The notes under the pieces were generated by a model. That model did not search any database, was not told where the DNA came from, and saw only the letters and a list, made by a program, of their open reading frames with translations. A DNA stretch of 64,000 nt from Candidatus Iainarchaeum sp. GTDB taxonomy: Archaea; Iainarchaeota; Iainarchaeia; Iainarchaeales; VGJJ01. Shown here in pieces: positions 9,820 to 18,269 of this stretch. The DNA lies in contig JAUYHT010000006.1 in NCBI GenBank assembly GCA_030688545.1, positions 267,035 through 331,034 on the forward strand. The letters run 5' to 3'. Both the position numbers and the translations under genes were made by a program. Numbering within the stretch: the stretch's first letter is position 1; every line of letters starts with the position of its first letter.

Positions 9820-10248
9820 TCAGATGCAACGTCCGGCTGAACAGGTTTTGTTCAAGTCTCCACAATCGTATTTGAAGGCATAGGCATGGTTGACCCGAGC
9901 CCCGTCATTGTTCACGTTCACATCCTTCCCACACGCATATTCGAGGAGCGTCTGGGTATTCACACATCCGTCCACGTACTGGATGGGCAATGGATGGTTT
10001 GGGAACCTAGCATTGAGGTCGCCCGACGTGGTGGGGTTAAACCCTCCGTCGGTGTCCAGGCAGGAAATGACGTCATTCGCGTCCCCGACCATGAGAGCAT
10101 TATACAGCGGCCCCCCATTAACATTCCTCACCGTCACTGGAGTAACTGGGATGCGGGTGATATGCGCCCACACCAATGGAGCGATGACCAACACCACCAA
10201 TAGGGCGATAACACCCAAGGCGATACTTCCTTTATGAAAATCCATCAT
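9820..10248 (-). CDS. secreted six-cysteine small protein, paralog 1 of tandem family
   Basis: Sec signal peptide (APLVWA/HI), 6 conserved Cys, C-terminal YAFKYDCGDLNKTCSAGRCI; GGAGG SD; first 90 nt plus upstream region identical to paralog 2. Confidence 0.6.
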   Translation of the reverse strand: MMDFHKGSIALGVIALLVVLVIAPLVWAHITRIPVTPVTVRNVNGGPLYNALMVGDANDVISCLDTDGGFNPTTSGDLNARFPNHPLPIQYVDGCVNTQTLLEYACGKDVNVNNDGARVNHAYAFKYDCGDLNKTCSAGRCI

Positions 10249-10296
10249 TCATTCCTCCTTCCCAAAAATGGGGTAGAACAATCTTCGAATCCCGAG

Positions 10297-10306
10297 TTAT
10301 ATAAAT
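10297..10306 (-). promoter_or_regulatory. TATA box (TTTATATAA on minus) ~50 bp upstream of paralog 1
   Basis: catTTATATAAct on the coding strand. Confidence 0.35.
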
Positions 10307-10364
10307 GTATGGAAGGTCGCCCATCCGCTTGGAAATAAAGCAATCACCCCAAAGAATTCCAACC

Positions 10365-10441
10365 ACCACGCACCAACCCATGAAACAGGTCTTGTTGATG
10401 TCTGCACAATTGAATTTGAAGGCATAGACATGATTGAGCAA
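10365..10441 (-). pseudogene. 3'-terminal fragment of a fourth family paralog (last ~25 codons only)
   Basis: encodes HVYAFKFNCADINKTCFMGWCV; ~90% nt identity to 10998-11075; no start, fused directly to the paralog 2 stop. Confidence 0.55.
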
Positions 10442-10444
10442 ACC

Positions 10445-10882
10445 TTAAACGCACCATGCGAGGAAGCAGAATTTGTTGAGATCCCGGCAGTTGAATTTGT
10501 AGGCGTACACCTTGTTGGGTTGGAATCCGGTTCCATTATGGTTGACATCGCTCCCGCATGCGAATTCCAGCTTGTAATCCCCGATAGGGGAACCTAAGCA
10601 ATTCTCGTAGTAAACCAATTCCGCATTCCGGTCAGCCGATCGCATGCGCAACACGCTTCGGAATTCGGGATTAAATCCACTGAAGTGTTCGGTACAGGAT
10701 ATGGCATCCGAGGCTTCTCCCATTTGTATGGCGGAATAGGCGATGGCGTGATCCGGGTTGAATATCGTGACATTCGTGGGTTGTATTCGTTCAATGTGAG
10801 CCCACACCAATGGAGCGATGACCAACACCACCAATAGGGCGATAACACCCAAGGCGATACTTCCTTTATGAAAATCCATCAT
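10445..10882 (-). CDS. secreted six-cysteine small protein, paralog 2
   Basis: same architecture; ends YAYKFNCRDLNKFCFLAWCV. Confidence 0.6.
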   Translation of the reverse strand: MMDFHKGSIALGVIALLVVLVIAPLVWAHIERIQPTNVTIFNPDHAIAYSAIQMGEASDAISCTEHFSGFNPEFRSVLRMRSADRNAELVYYENCLGSPIGDYKLEFACGSDVNHNGTGFQPNKVYAYKFNCRDLNKFCFLAWCV

Positions 10883-10930
10883 TCATTCCTCCTTCCCAGA
10901 AATGGGGCAGTACTACCATCAATTCAGGAG

Positions 10931-10940
10931 TTATAAAAAT
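10931..10940 (-). promoter_or_regulatory. TATA box (TTTTTATAA on minus) upstream of paralog 2
   Basis: positionally equivalent to 10297-10306. Confidence 0.35.
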
Positions 10941-10997
10941 GTACTGAGGACTCACTCATCCATTTGGAAAAAGAGCGACACCCTCACAGAGTCCTAA

Positions 10998-11426
10998 TCA
11001 CACGCACCAACCAATGAAACAGGTCTTGTTGATGTCCGCGCAATTAAATTTATAGGCGTAGACATAATTGGTGATGAGCCCGTTTCCATTGTGGTTTACA
11101 TCTTTCCCGCATGCGAATTCCGTTTTAGTGGTGTTGTCAAGGCACCGCTCGAAATAGACTAAATCCCCATTCCGGTCGGCGGATTGCATGTGCAGGGTGC
11201 CCATGAGGTGGGGTTTGAACCCTCCATCCGAGTCGAAGCAATACAGCGCATCATGGGTCTCTCCCACTTGTTTCGCGTGGTACGCATAGGTATCTCCCCG
11301 GTTTACTACAATCGCCCCCACGGCCTTCATCCGTTCCAAATGCGCCATCACGAGGGGCGCGATGAGCAATAGGCCCAATAGGGCCAGCCCGGCCCCCAGC
11401 ATAAATGTCCGATTACTAGTCATCAA
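10998..11426 (-). CDS. secreted six-cysteine small protein, paralog 3
   Basis: signal APLVMA/HL; shares SADRNxxLVYxExCL, FACGKDVNHNGNG, YAYKFNCADINKTCFIGWCV; AGGAGG SD. Confidence 0.6.
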   Translation of the reverse strand: MMTSNRTFMLGAGLALLGLLLIAPLVMAHLERMKAVGAIVVNRGDTYAYHAKQVGETHDALYCFDSDGGFKPHLMGTLHMQSADRNGDLVYFERCLDNTTKTEFACGKDVNHNGNGLITNYVYAYKFNCADINKTCFIGWCV

Positions 11427-11538
11427 ATTGCCTCCTTAATTGGGGTGGATGGAGTACTTGGGGTCGGCAAGGAATAAAAGGATAGGTTGTGTCACCTAGC
11501 CCAAAATAGATTAATGACGACTAAAATATTTCGTCCAC

Positions 11539-12006
11539 CTATCTATCGAGCATTACCTTCTTCATGATCACGGGTTCCAATGGCGCGTCATTCCTTCCAG
11601 TGGGGGTTTTCCCAATGGCCTGCACCACCTCCATCCCCTCGATGACCTTTCCAAAGATGGCGTGCTTTCCATCCAGCCAGGGAGTGGGAACAAGAGTCAC
11701 GAAAAACTGGCTGCCTCCTGTGTTAGGTCCCGCGTTCGCCATCGAAAGAATCCCGGGGGCGTTGTGTTTCAATCCTTCTCCAAATTCGTCCGGGATAGTA
11801 TACCCCGGGCCCCCCGTTCCATTACCAGTGGGGTCGCCTCCCTGCAGCATGAAGCCCGCAATCACCCGGTGAAAAATCAACCCGTCATAGAATCCTTTAG
11901 TGACCAGGTCGAGGAAATTTTGGCTCGTCCGGGGGGCTTTATCCTGGAATAGTTCGGCCCTAAATCGGCCAAGAGTGGTTTCAAATGAGATGATGGGATT
12001 GGGCAT
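11539..12006 (-). CDS. peptidyl-prolyl cis-trans isomerase, cyclophilin type
   Basis: [15 protein letters not shown]...GGPGY...[17 protein letters not shown]; start set at MPNPIIS after GGAGG. Confidence 0.85.
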   Translation of the reverse strand: MPNPIISFETTLGRFRAELFQDKAPRTSQNFLDLVTKGFYDGLIFHRVIAGFMLQGGDPTGNGTGGPGYTIPDEFGEGLKHNAPGILSMANAGPNTGGSQFFVTLVPTPWLDGKHAIFGKVIEGMEVVQAIGKTPTGRNDAPLEPVIMKKVMLDR

Positions 12007-12193
12007 GATGGGTTCCTCCGGGATCAATGCACTATCCGTGGGCGCTAATGCATAAAAATGGAGATAGATGAGAAGCCCGTTGATCCCCATTTCCGGGAGA
12101 GAAAACTCCTCCATTTTCCTGGAAAAGCATCTTTTTTAACTCCATTTCCACGGTTTCCCCATGCGCCGTCCCTTGAAATATTTTCCCTGCAAA

Positions 12194-12823
12194 ATGCCGG
12201 CTTTCCGCGGGACCCTCCGGGTTTTGATACTGAATGGTTCACTAAAGCACGGATCCGAAAAATCCAATACGCAGGCATTAGTGGAAATCGTATTGCGGTT
12301 CATGCGCACCCACGCAAAAATCAAAGTGGAAAGCATTCGGCTTTCCGATCGCCATATTGAAGTAGGATTGGGTTTCAAAGAAAGCGAGCAGGATAAATGG
12401 CCTGAGATAGCCAAAAAGATTCGCGGAAGCGACATCATCCTTTTTGCCACCCCCATTTGGTGGGGCAACCGTTCCAGTTTAATGCAGCGGGTGATTGAGC
12501 GGTTAGATGCGTTTGACGAGGAACGTATGAAGGAAGGGCGGTCTTCCTTGTACAATAAAGTCGCCGGCATCGTAATCACCGGCAGCGAGGACGGGGCGCA
12601 GCAAACCATGGGGAGCCTCATGGAAGTGCTGAGCTGGATGGGCTTTACTTTACCCCCCGAATGCGCGGCCTATTGGGTGGGGGAAGTGGGTCAGAATCCA
12701 GCGAATGACAAGAAAAAAATGCTCAAGAATGCCGCGGCCAAATACATGGCCAAAACACTCGCACGGAATATGGCATACTATGCTAAATTGTTGAAAGTAT
12801 ATCCGTTGGAACCCCGGAAATGA
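12194..12823 (+). CDS. NAD(P)H-dependent FMN reductase / flavodoxin-like fold protein
   Basis: LILNGSLK and ILFATPIWWG motifs. Confidence 0.6.
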   Translation: MPAFRGTLRVLILNGSLKHGSEKSNTQALVEIVLRFMRTHAKIKVESIRLSDRHIEVGLGFKESEQDKWPEIAKKIRGSDIILFATPIWWGNRSSLMQRVIERLDAFDEERMKEGRSSLYNKVAGIVITGSEDGAQQTMGSLMEVLSWMGFTLPPECAAYWVGEVGQNPANDKKKMLKNAAAKYMAKTLARNMAYYAKLLKVYPLEPRK

Positions 12824-12841
12824 TTTTTTGGAATACAAGAC

Positions 12842-13318
12842 CTATTGGGGTTTGGGATAGCGATAATTCACCAACCACTGAATGCTGAATTGATCCTGGA
12901 GCGACCCATAATAATCCCCCCAGGGTTGGTCGGCGATGGGCATTTCTATCTTTCCGCCTTGGGAGAGCGCATGGAATAGGCGGTCAGCTTCTTCTTTACT
13001 GTCAGGATGAATGGAAAGGTGAATGTTATTTCCTTTGATTAATTTCTGTCCTAGGGATTCCAAGACATCGGTGGCCATCAGCATGTGACCTTGTCCAATA
13101 GACAGTCCCACATGCATCACCTTGTTTTCATCCTCTTTTGAAATAGTCACTCCCTCCATGGGCATATCCTTGAATCGCACAACAGGGGTTAATTCCCCCC
13201 CAAAAACGGATTGGTAGAAACGGAAGGCGTCTTCCGTATTCCCCGCAAAATTGAGATACGCGTTTACTTGAATCATGGCTCTCACCTCGTTGTTGTTTTG
13301 ATCAGGGGTTCCCATCAT
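12842..13318 (-). CDS. VOC/glyoxalase-superfamily protein, PhnB-like
   Basis: YLNFAGNTEDAFRFYQSVFGGEL signature of COG2764/PhnB. Confidence 0.6.
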   Translation of the reverse strand: MMGTPDQNNNEVRAMIQVNAYLNFAGNTEDAFRFYQSVFGGELTPVVRFKDMPMEGVTISKEDENKVMHVGLSIGQGHMLMATDVLESLGQKLIKGNNIHLSIHPDSKEEADRLFHALSQGGKIEMPIADQPWGDYYGSLQDQFSIQWLVNYRYPKPQ

Positions 13319-14225
13319 AGGCTTTTTTCAACCCCCCAATATCGAATTTCTTCATTTTTAGAAATGCCTGCGTGACCCGTTTCTTTTTCTCAGGATCATT
13401 TGTTTGCATCATTTCATTCATCGCCTTCGGAACAATTTGCCAGGAAACCCCGAATTTGTCTTTCAACCATCCGCATTGTTCGGCTTCAGGTACCGCCGAG
13501 AGCTTATCCCAGTAATAGTCGATCTCCCCCTGCGTCTCGCATTCGACGATGAGGGAGACTCCCTCGTTAAACCCAAAGGCATGGGGATAAGCGCTGTCCA
13601 TGGCGGCGAACCATTGGTTTTCGAGCATAAAATCGGCAAACATAATGGTCCCTTCTTTGTCGTATTCGGCCCCTGCCGGATAACGGGCGGTTTGACCGCG
13701 TCGGGCATCCTTGAAAACGCTCACGTAGAAGTCGATGGCTTCCTCGGCCTGGCCCGCATGGTCCTTGGTGAATAGCAGCGAGGGTACGAGAGCCGTCCGC
13801 GATTCCCCTTCCGGATGGGTCAAAATAAGTTGCCAGGACACGCCGTACTTATCCTGCACCCACCCGTACCACTCGCTGAAGGGGTATTTCTGCAAGGGCA
13901 TGAGTATTGTTCCCCCCGGCGTCAATTTTTCCCACAGTGCATCCAAATTTTTCCGCGCATGCGGGTCATTAGATGGATCAAAATTTACAAAAAACGAAAT
14001 GGAAGGGTTAATTTTGAACAGGGGGCCCGCACTGATTGCCATGAAATCAAGTCCCGCAATGGAATATGAAACGATATCGCAGTCCCCGGAGGGCGTGTCA
14101 TGAATTTGCGTCACATATATGATTTTCGAGTCGGGAAACACAGAAGTATAAAATTCCGCGGCCTCTTTTGCTTCTTTGTCAAACCATAGGTGGGGGGCGA
14201 TATTTGACATGAATACAATAAGCAC
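13302..14225 (-). CDS. two-domain VOC/PhnB-like protein
   Basis: duplicated PhnB-like halves (WFDKEAKEAAEFYTSVF...; GWLKDKFGVSWQIV). Confidence 0.6.
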   Translation of the reverse strand: MLIVFMSNIAPHLWFDKEAKEAAEFYTSVFPDSKIIYVTQIHDTPSGDCDIVSYSIAGLDFMAISAGPLFKINPSISFFVNFDPSNDPHARKNLDALWEKLTPGGTILMPLQKYPFSEWYGWVQDKYGVSWQLILTHPEGESRTALVPSLLFTKDHAGQAEEAIDFYVSVFKDARRGQTARYPAGAEYDKEGTIMFADFMLENQWFAAMDSAYPHAFGFNEGVSLIVECETQGEIDYYWDKLSAVPEAEQCGWLKDKFGVSWQIVPKAMNEMMQTNDPEKKKRVTQAFLKMKKFDIGGLKKAYDGNP

Positions 14226-14343
14226 CTAAACCGTTTAATATGAAATGGTCAAAAGAAAAAAAGATCCAAGTCAAGTGGATTATTTGGTCTCACAGATTCA
14301 GTGCGGTCTGGACCACAAACCAAACCCCAATCAATGACTTCTT

Positions 14344-14363
14344 CCCCGGCCTAAAGGCCGGGG
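14344..14363. repeat. GC hairpin with UAAA loop
   Basis: ccccggcc-taaa-ggccgggg. Confidence 0.3.
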
Positions 14364-14406
14364 TATCCGATATGGGAAGGATGTCACCTACTCGCGTGAT
14401 CGCTCG

Positions 14407-14444
14407 CCAAAAAATGGGCGACTCACGGTCGCCCTAAAGGGCGA
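14407..14444 (-). terminator. intrinsic-terminator-like hairpin + T6 (minus strand) with adjacent UAAA-loop hairpin
   Basis: minus: gggcgac-cgtga-gtcgccc then aTTTTTTgg; plus tcgccc-taaa-gggcga. Confidence 0.4.
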
Positions 14445-14462
14445 GGTATAAACCTTTTTGAT

Positions 14463-14485
14463 GAAACTTTTTTCTAAAAAGTTTC
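14463..14485. repeat. AT palindrome family member (GAAACTTTTTT-ct-AAAAAGTTTC), 3' of MCO gene
   Basis: inverted repeat; family members listed in findings. Confidence 0.45.
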
Positions 14486-14515
14486 AATAAGATTTATTGC
14501 CAGCTCGGCGATTCA

Positions 14516-16012
14516 TCATTCAACATGGATATTCGTCATCATTCCAGATTCCAAGTGTTCTGCAGTATGACAATGAAGCATCCATTCGCCTGGATTTGAG
14601 AACTCCACCGCAATATCGATTGTGCTGCCCGATGGAATGAGCACGGTGTCTTTCCAGGAGGCATTTTCTACAGGTTTTCCATCAATGGTTAACACAACAA
14701 ATCGTTGTCCGTGTAAATGAATAGGGTGTTGCATGGGGTGCATACTGTCTTTCAAATTCTTTAGTCGAATGACCTTCCATGAATCCATTGAAGCGGTCTG
14801 CATAATGTCCATATTTTCATTTCCAGTCACGGGGTCACGGAGAATCCACGTGACATCCTCGCTGGAAGTGCCAGCGTTCATCATGAACATAGAATCTTCC
14901 CATTCCACTCCATCGCTGCTTGTCCCCCCATGCATCGTATGTCCACCCCCCATCATGGATTCCATAGACGGCCAATCAAGCGCAATGTCATATTCCCAAT
15001 CCGGTTCGATTCCCTTCAACATTTCAAGTTTCTCTATGGGGGGTAAATCAGCGGAATCTGGCACCCATTCCGGTATATCCGATAATGCAATGGATGATGA
15101 GCCTACTTCTATCGTTCCAAAAACTGCTTTTCCGATGGGCGTTTGATTCAGCACTTCATACACCCCGGGTTGTGAAAATTGAACCTCCACGATGGCACGT
15201 TCGGAGGGGGCTAAGATAACTGCATCTGTTTCAACTGGCTCGGGCAAAAAACCTCCATCCATTGCCCGCACATATAACGTTTGTTCATCAATGGCAAAGC
15301 GCATGGGACGTGCATTTGAGACATTTACGAGCAAGAACCGAACCCACTCGCCCGTTTGAGTTTGTACACGTGCATCCGATTGACCGTTTACCAAGAGCTG
15401 ATTCCCGTACCGTCCCATGAGTGCGAACAACGTTTTGTCTCCTGAAACTTGGATTTTATTTTTTGAAAGTTGTATATCATCCAACGCCCACGTAAATTCT
15501 TTCATGACTGGCAATGGATTTTGAGGTTCGACCCAGATGAGTCCATACATTCCCAAGTCCTGCTGCCGGTCCTCTCGGACATGAGGATGGTACCAATATA
15601 ATCCAGCGTCGGGAAAGATCAAATCATATTGATATGTCTTTCCCGATGCCACCTCCTTCTGAGTACTGCCCGGGACACCATCATCTTTGTTGGCCACGCG
15701 AATTCCGTGCCAGTGTACGGTAGTAGGTTCGGGCAATTGATTAACAAAATTTATTTTGGCGTGCGAACCCTGCTTGACTTTAAGGAAGGGACCTGGAATG
15801 CTTTCGTTATACGCGTATCCATTTTGTGAAATCCCTTCGAGCGTCCATCGCACGGGTGAGGCGGTTAATGTGAATGTTTCATTATCAGGTAAATTAATGA
15901 CGAGGGATTCTTTCGTAGTCGGCAGAACGCTTGCAAAGGGAGTATTGTTTTCTACACAACCGGCGAGCGATGCTATAACAACAACTCCAAGAAGGACGAG
16001 TGAAAGATTCAT
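14516..16012 (-). CDS. multicopper oxidase (laccase/CueO-like), secreted lipoprotein
   Basis: signal + LAGC lipobox; HWHGIRV, HPHV, HPIHLHGQRF, HCHTAEHLESGMM copper-ligand motifs. Confidence 0.85.
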   Translation of the reverse strand: MNLSLVLLGVVVIASLAGCVENNTPFASVLPTTKESLVINLPDNETFTLTASPVRWTLEGISQNGYAYNESIPGPFLKVKQGSHAKINFVNQLPEPTTVHWHGIRVANKDDGVPGSTQKEVASGKTYQYDLIFPDAGLYWYHPHVREDRQQDLGMYGLIWVEPQNPLPVMKEFTWALDDIQLSKNKIQVSGDKTLFALMGRYGNQLLVNGQSDARVQTQTGEWVRFLLVNVSNARPMRFAIDEQTLYVRAMDGGFLPEPVETDAVILAPSERAIVEVQFSQPGVYEVLNQTPIGKAVFGTIEVGSSSIALSDIPEWVPDSADLPPIEKLEMLKGIEPDWEYDIALDWPSMESMMGGGHTMHGGTSSDGVEWEDSMFMMNAGTSSEDVTWILRDPVTGNENMDIMQTASMDSWKVIRLKNLKDSMHPMQHPIHLHGQRFVVLTIDGKPVENASWKDTVLIPSGSTIDIAVEFSNPGEWMLHCHTAEHLESGMMTNIHVE

Positions 16013-16619
16013 GTGTAATGAATTATTAACAGTTCTTTAAATTAAGATGGTATTGGGATAAGCACTTATTTTTTGAAAAAATGACTTCAGAATAGAATAT
16101 GAATGAAAAAAAATAACCCAATGGGTGGAAATTGGAATTGTGAATATACCCCATAAAAAACAAGTGGCTTTCAGTTTGGGCGAAACTGCCGATAGTATTA
16201 TGCTATTTGGTCGCTCCCTCTTTTGATAGGCGCCGGAACTCGGCTATGAGTTGCAGCATCGCAAATGACGTAAGTTTTCAACCTAGACGATGTACCTCGG
16301 GGGAGGTCTTAACCGCCCAGTGCAACATGCTTACTGATTCAAACTCTTTGGATACTGGCTTAATGCATAGCGACTATTTATTCATTGGCTCGAAAAAGGA
16401 AATTGTCCTATTTGGAATAAACATGGCGATCCAAACCGTCCCACAGTGTAGACAGCCGTGGCGAACGCGCCCAATCAAAAGAAAACCAAGGGGTCGCGTT
16501 ACCACTCTGTATCGCAGCGGCCTGGCAAAGTGAACCAGTGTCTCAGAGGCGAATTTTTGTGGCAGTTTTGTGCTATGCCTTTTTTAGAATCTACAAACAT
16601 AACTGAAAATTGTTCTTAT

Positions 16620-17282
16620 TTAAAATCGTTTCCGGGAGATCACACGATGTTTTGATTGCCCATTTTTAGTGTATTTTTCAACCAGGACTATTTCTTTTGG
16701 GACATAGTCAAAGCGAAGAGAACTTCGATTGACTTTTTCACTCAAATCGCGGAGTTGATCGCTATCCATCTCTTTAGCAAGCGTGACATGAGGTGTATAA
16801 TCAAACCTTTTTTGGGGCCATAATTCATATAACCATTTATTTAATTCTTTCAAAAAGCTGTTTGGATCGCGTACACGGGCAAATAAGATATTCGGAGACT
16901 GAAATGTTCCAACTGGCTTTTTTCCACCAATTTGAATCATGGCAGCAGATGGAAGTATTGTTTTTTGAAATCGTTCAATTAGTTTGTTCAGTTCACTTGG
17001 TGTCATATTCCCAACAAAGTGTAGCGTGATATGCAGTTTTTCAGGGTGTTGTATTTTAATATTCCTCTTTCCAGAAAGACGATTAAGCCAATGTCGTTGA
17101 ACTTGTTTTTGTTGTGCAGGCGTTAATCGAACTGCAAAGAATACACGACGCACATTAGAATGGGAGGAGTGTGCTATTCTCCTCGGAAATAAACGCCCTT
17201 TTTCCGACTTGAAACGTGTACGCCCTAATTTCGATGTGACACCTAACGCACGCGGCTTTTTTCCCCTTAACAAAGAATGCAT
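16620..17282 (-). CDS. thpR: RNA 2',3'-cyclic phosphodiesterase / 2'-5' RNA ligase (LigT/ThpR, 2H family)
   Basis: two HxT/Sx motifs (HITLHF, HVTLAK); N-terminal ~40 aa of the ORF is probably not translated. Confidence 0.7.
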   Translation of the reverse strand: MHSLLRGKKPRALGVTSKLGRTRFKSEKGRLFPRRIAHSSHSNVRRVFFAVRLTPAQQKQVQRHWLNRLSGKRNIKIQHPEKLHITLHFVGNMTPSELNKLIERFQKTILPSAAMIQIGGKKPVGTFQSPNILFARVRDPNSFLKELNKWLYELWPQKRFDYTPHVTLAKEMDSDQLRDLSEKVNRSSLRFDYVPKEIVLVEKYTKNGQSKHRVISRKRF

Positions 17283-17314
17283 GAATCCGAATAGATCACG
17301 AAATTATTAAATCA

Positions 17315-17388
17315 TGCCTCGGGGGAGACTTGAACTCCCGACCTCCGGGTTATGAATCCGGCGCTCTAGCCAACTGAGCTACCAAGGC
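17315..17388 (-). tRNA. tRNA-Met elongator (anticodon CAU)
   Basis: acceptor gccttgg/ccgaggc (G1-C72), anticodon loop ttCATaa, T arm gggag-ttcaagt-ctccc. Confidence 0.8.
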
Positions 17389-17424
17389 AGGGTTTCGCCC
17401 CTGCGCGACGAGGGACTACGTTAG

Positions 17425-17446
17425 CAGGATTGCAAGCAATCCTGCA
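17425..17446. promoter_or_regulatory. perfect 10-bp inverted repeat gcaggattgc-aa-gcaatcctgc upstream of tRNA-Met
   Basis: 22-nt palindrome ~40 bp 5' of the tRNA. Confidence 0.3.
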
Positions 17447-17546
17447 GTAGGCCTAACTCAATCATTTCGGTTTCACAAGGCTTAAAAATGGGCCGAGATG
17501 AGCGCGTTAAACGATACCCAATCCAGCAATCGCACCCTAAAACAGT

Positions 17547-18269
17547 TCATACGTGAGGGTCCGGAAGTTGCACAGTGAAGCTGACCTTATTCTTCTTCAC
17601 GTGCCACTCAGGATGCTCCCGTTTGAGCCGAGTATATACTTTTTCCCATTGAACATCTAGACCAATTTCATCATTCACAATAATTCGATCGTGCGTTCCC
17701 AAAACAATTATACCCCCTGGCTTGAGTAGCGTGGCAAGTTTTTCGACATATGTATACGCGGTTTCGAACCCTGGCGACGTAGGTGAAACTAATTTAGGTA
17801 AAGGGTCCTTCATCAGGTATATTGTTCCCATGTTTGAATAAATTAAATCAAACCGGAGATGAGCGCGTTTGGTATAACGAAATAAATCCATGTCCACCCC
17901 GTGAATGAATATTACCCCCTCTTCCCTTCTCCATTCGGGGTATGAGTGTTTGGAGTACCCTATCATCTGAATGTGTGGACCAAACTCCCGTTGCAATTCA
18001 CCCATAGCCAATCCTGCACCGCACCCCCAATCCAGTACGTTCAGACGGGACGATTTTTTCATTCGATGCCGCAGCCATCCAGCAATATCAAAGCGCAATT
18101 CCCCCGCCACAATGCGCAAGGAGGAGTGATCAAACGTATAATCAAAAGGAGAACGAGAATAGATTCGTTTTCCCTTCTGAGAGGCCACTCGTTCCACCCG
18201 AATCACACGAAGGGGCACGGGTTTTCCTTTTGGTTTGCTAGAGCGATAAACGGGCATGCATCCCCTCAC
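17547..18269 (-). CDS. class I SAM-dependent methyltransferase
   Basis: VLDWGCGAGL motif I, acidic motif II (IFIHGVDMD). Confidence 0.7.
   Translation of the reverse strand: MRGCMPVYRSSKPKGKPVPLRVIRVERVASQKGKRIYSRSPFDYTFDHSSLRIVAGELRFDIAGWLRHRMKKSSRLNVLDWGCGAGLAMGELQREFGPHIQMIGYSKHSYPEWRREEGVIFIHGVDMDLFRYTKRAHLRFDLIYSNMGTIYLMKDPLPKLVSPTSPGFETAYTYVEKLATLLKPGGIIVLGTHDRIIVNDEIGLDVQWEKVYTRLKREHPEWHVKKNKVSFTVQLPDPHV

Noticed and set aside
9820-10248. Class III (prepilin-type) signal peptide for the Cys-rich paralogs (HKG/SIAL...)
   Set aside because: Paralog 3 lacks the K/R-G motif. All three have a canonical AxA-type Sec cleavage site (VWA/HI, VMA/HL). Sec secretion is more parsimonious.
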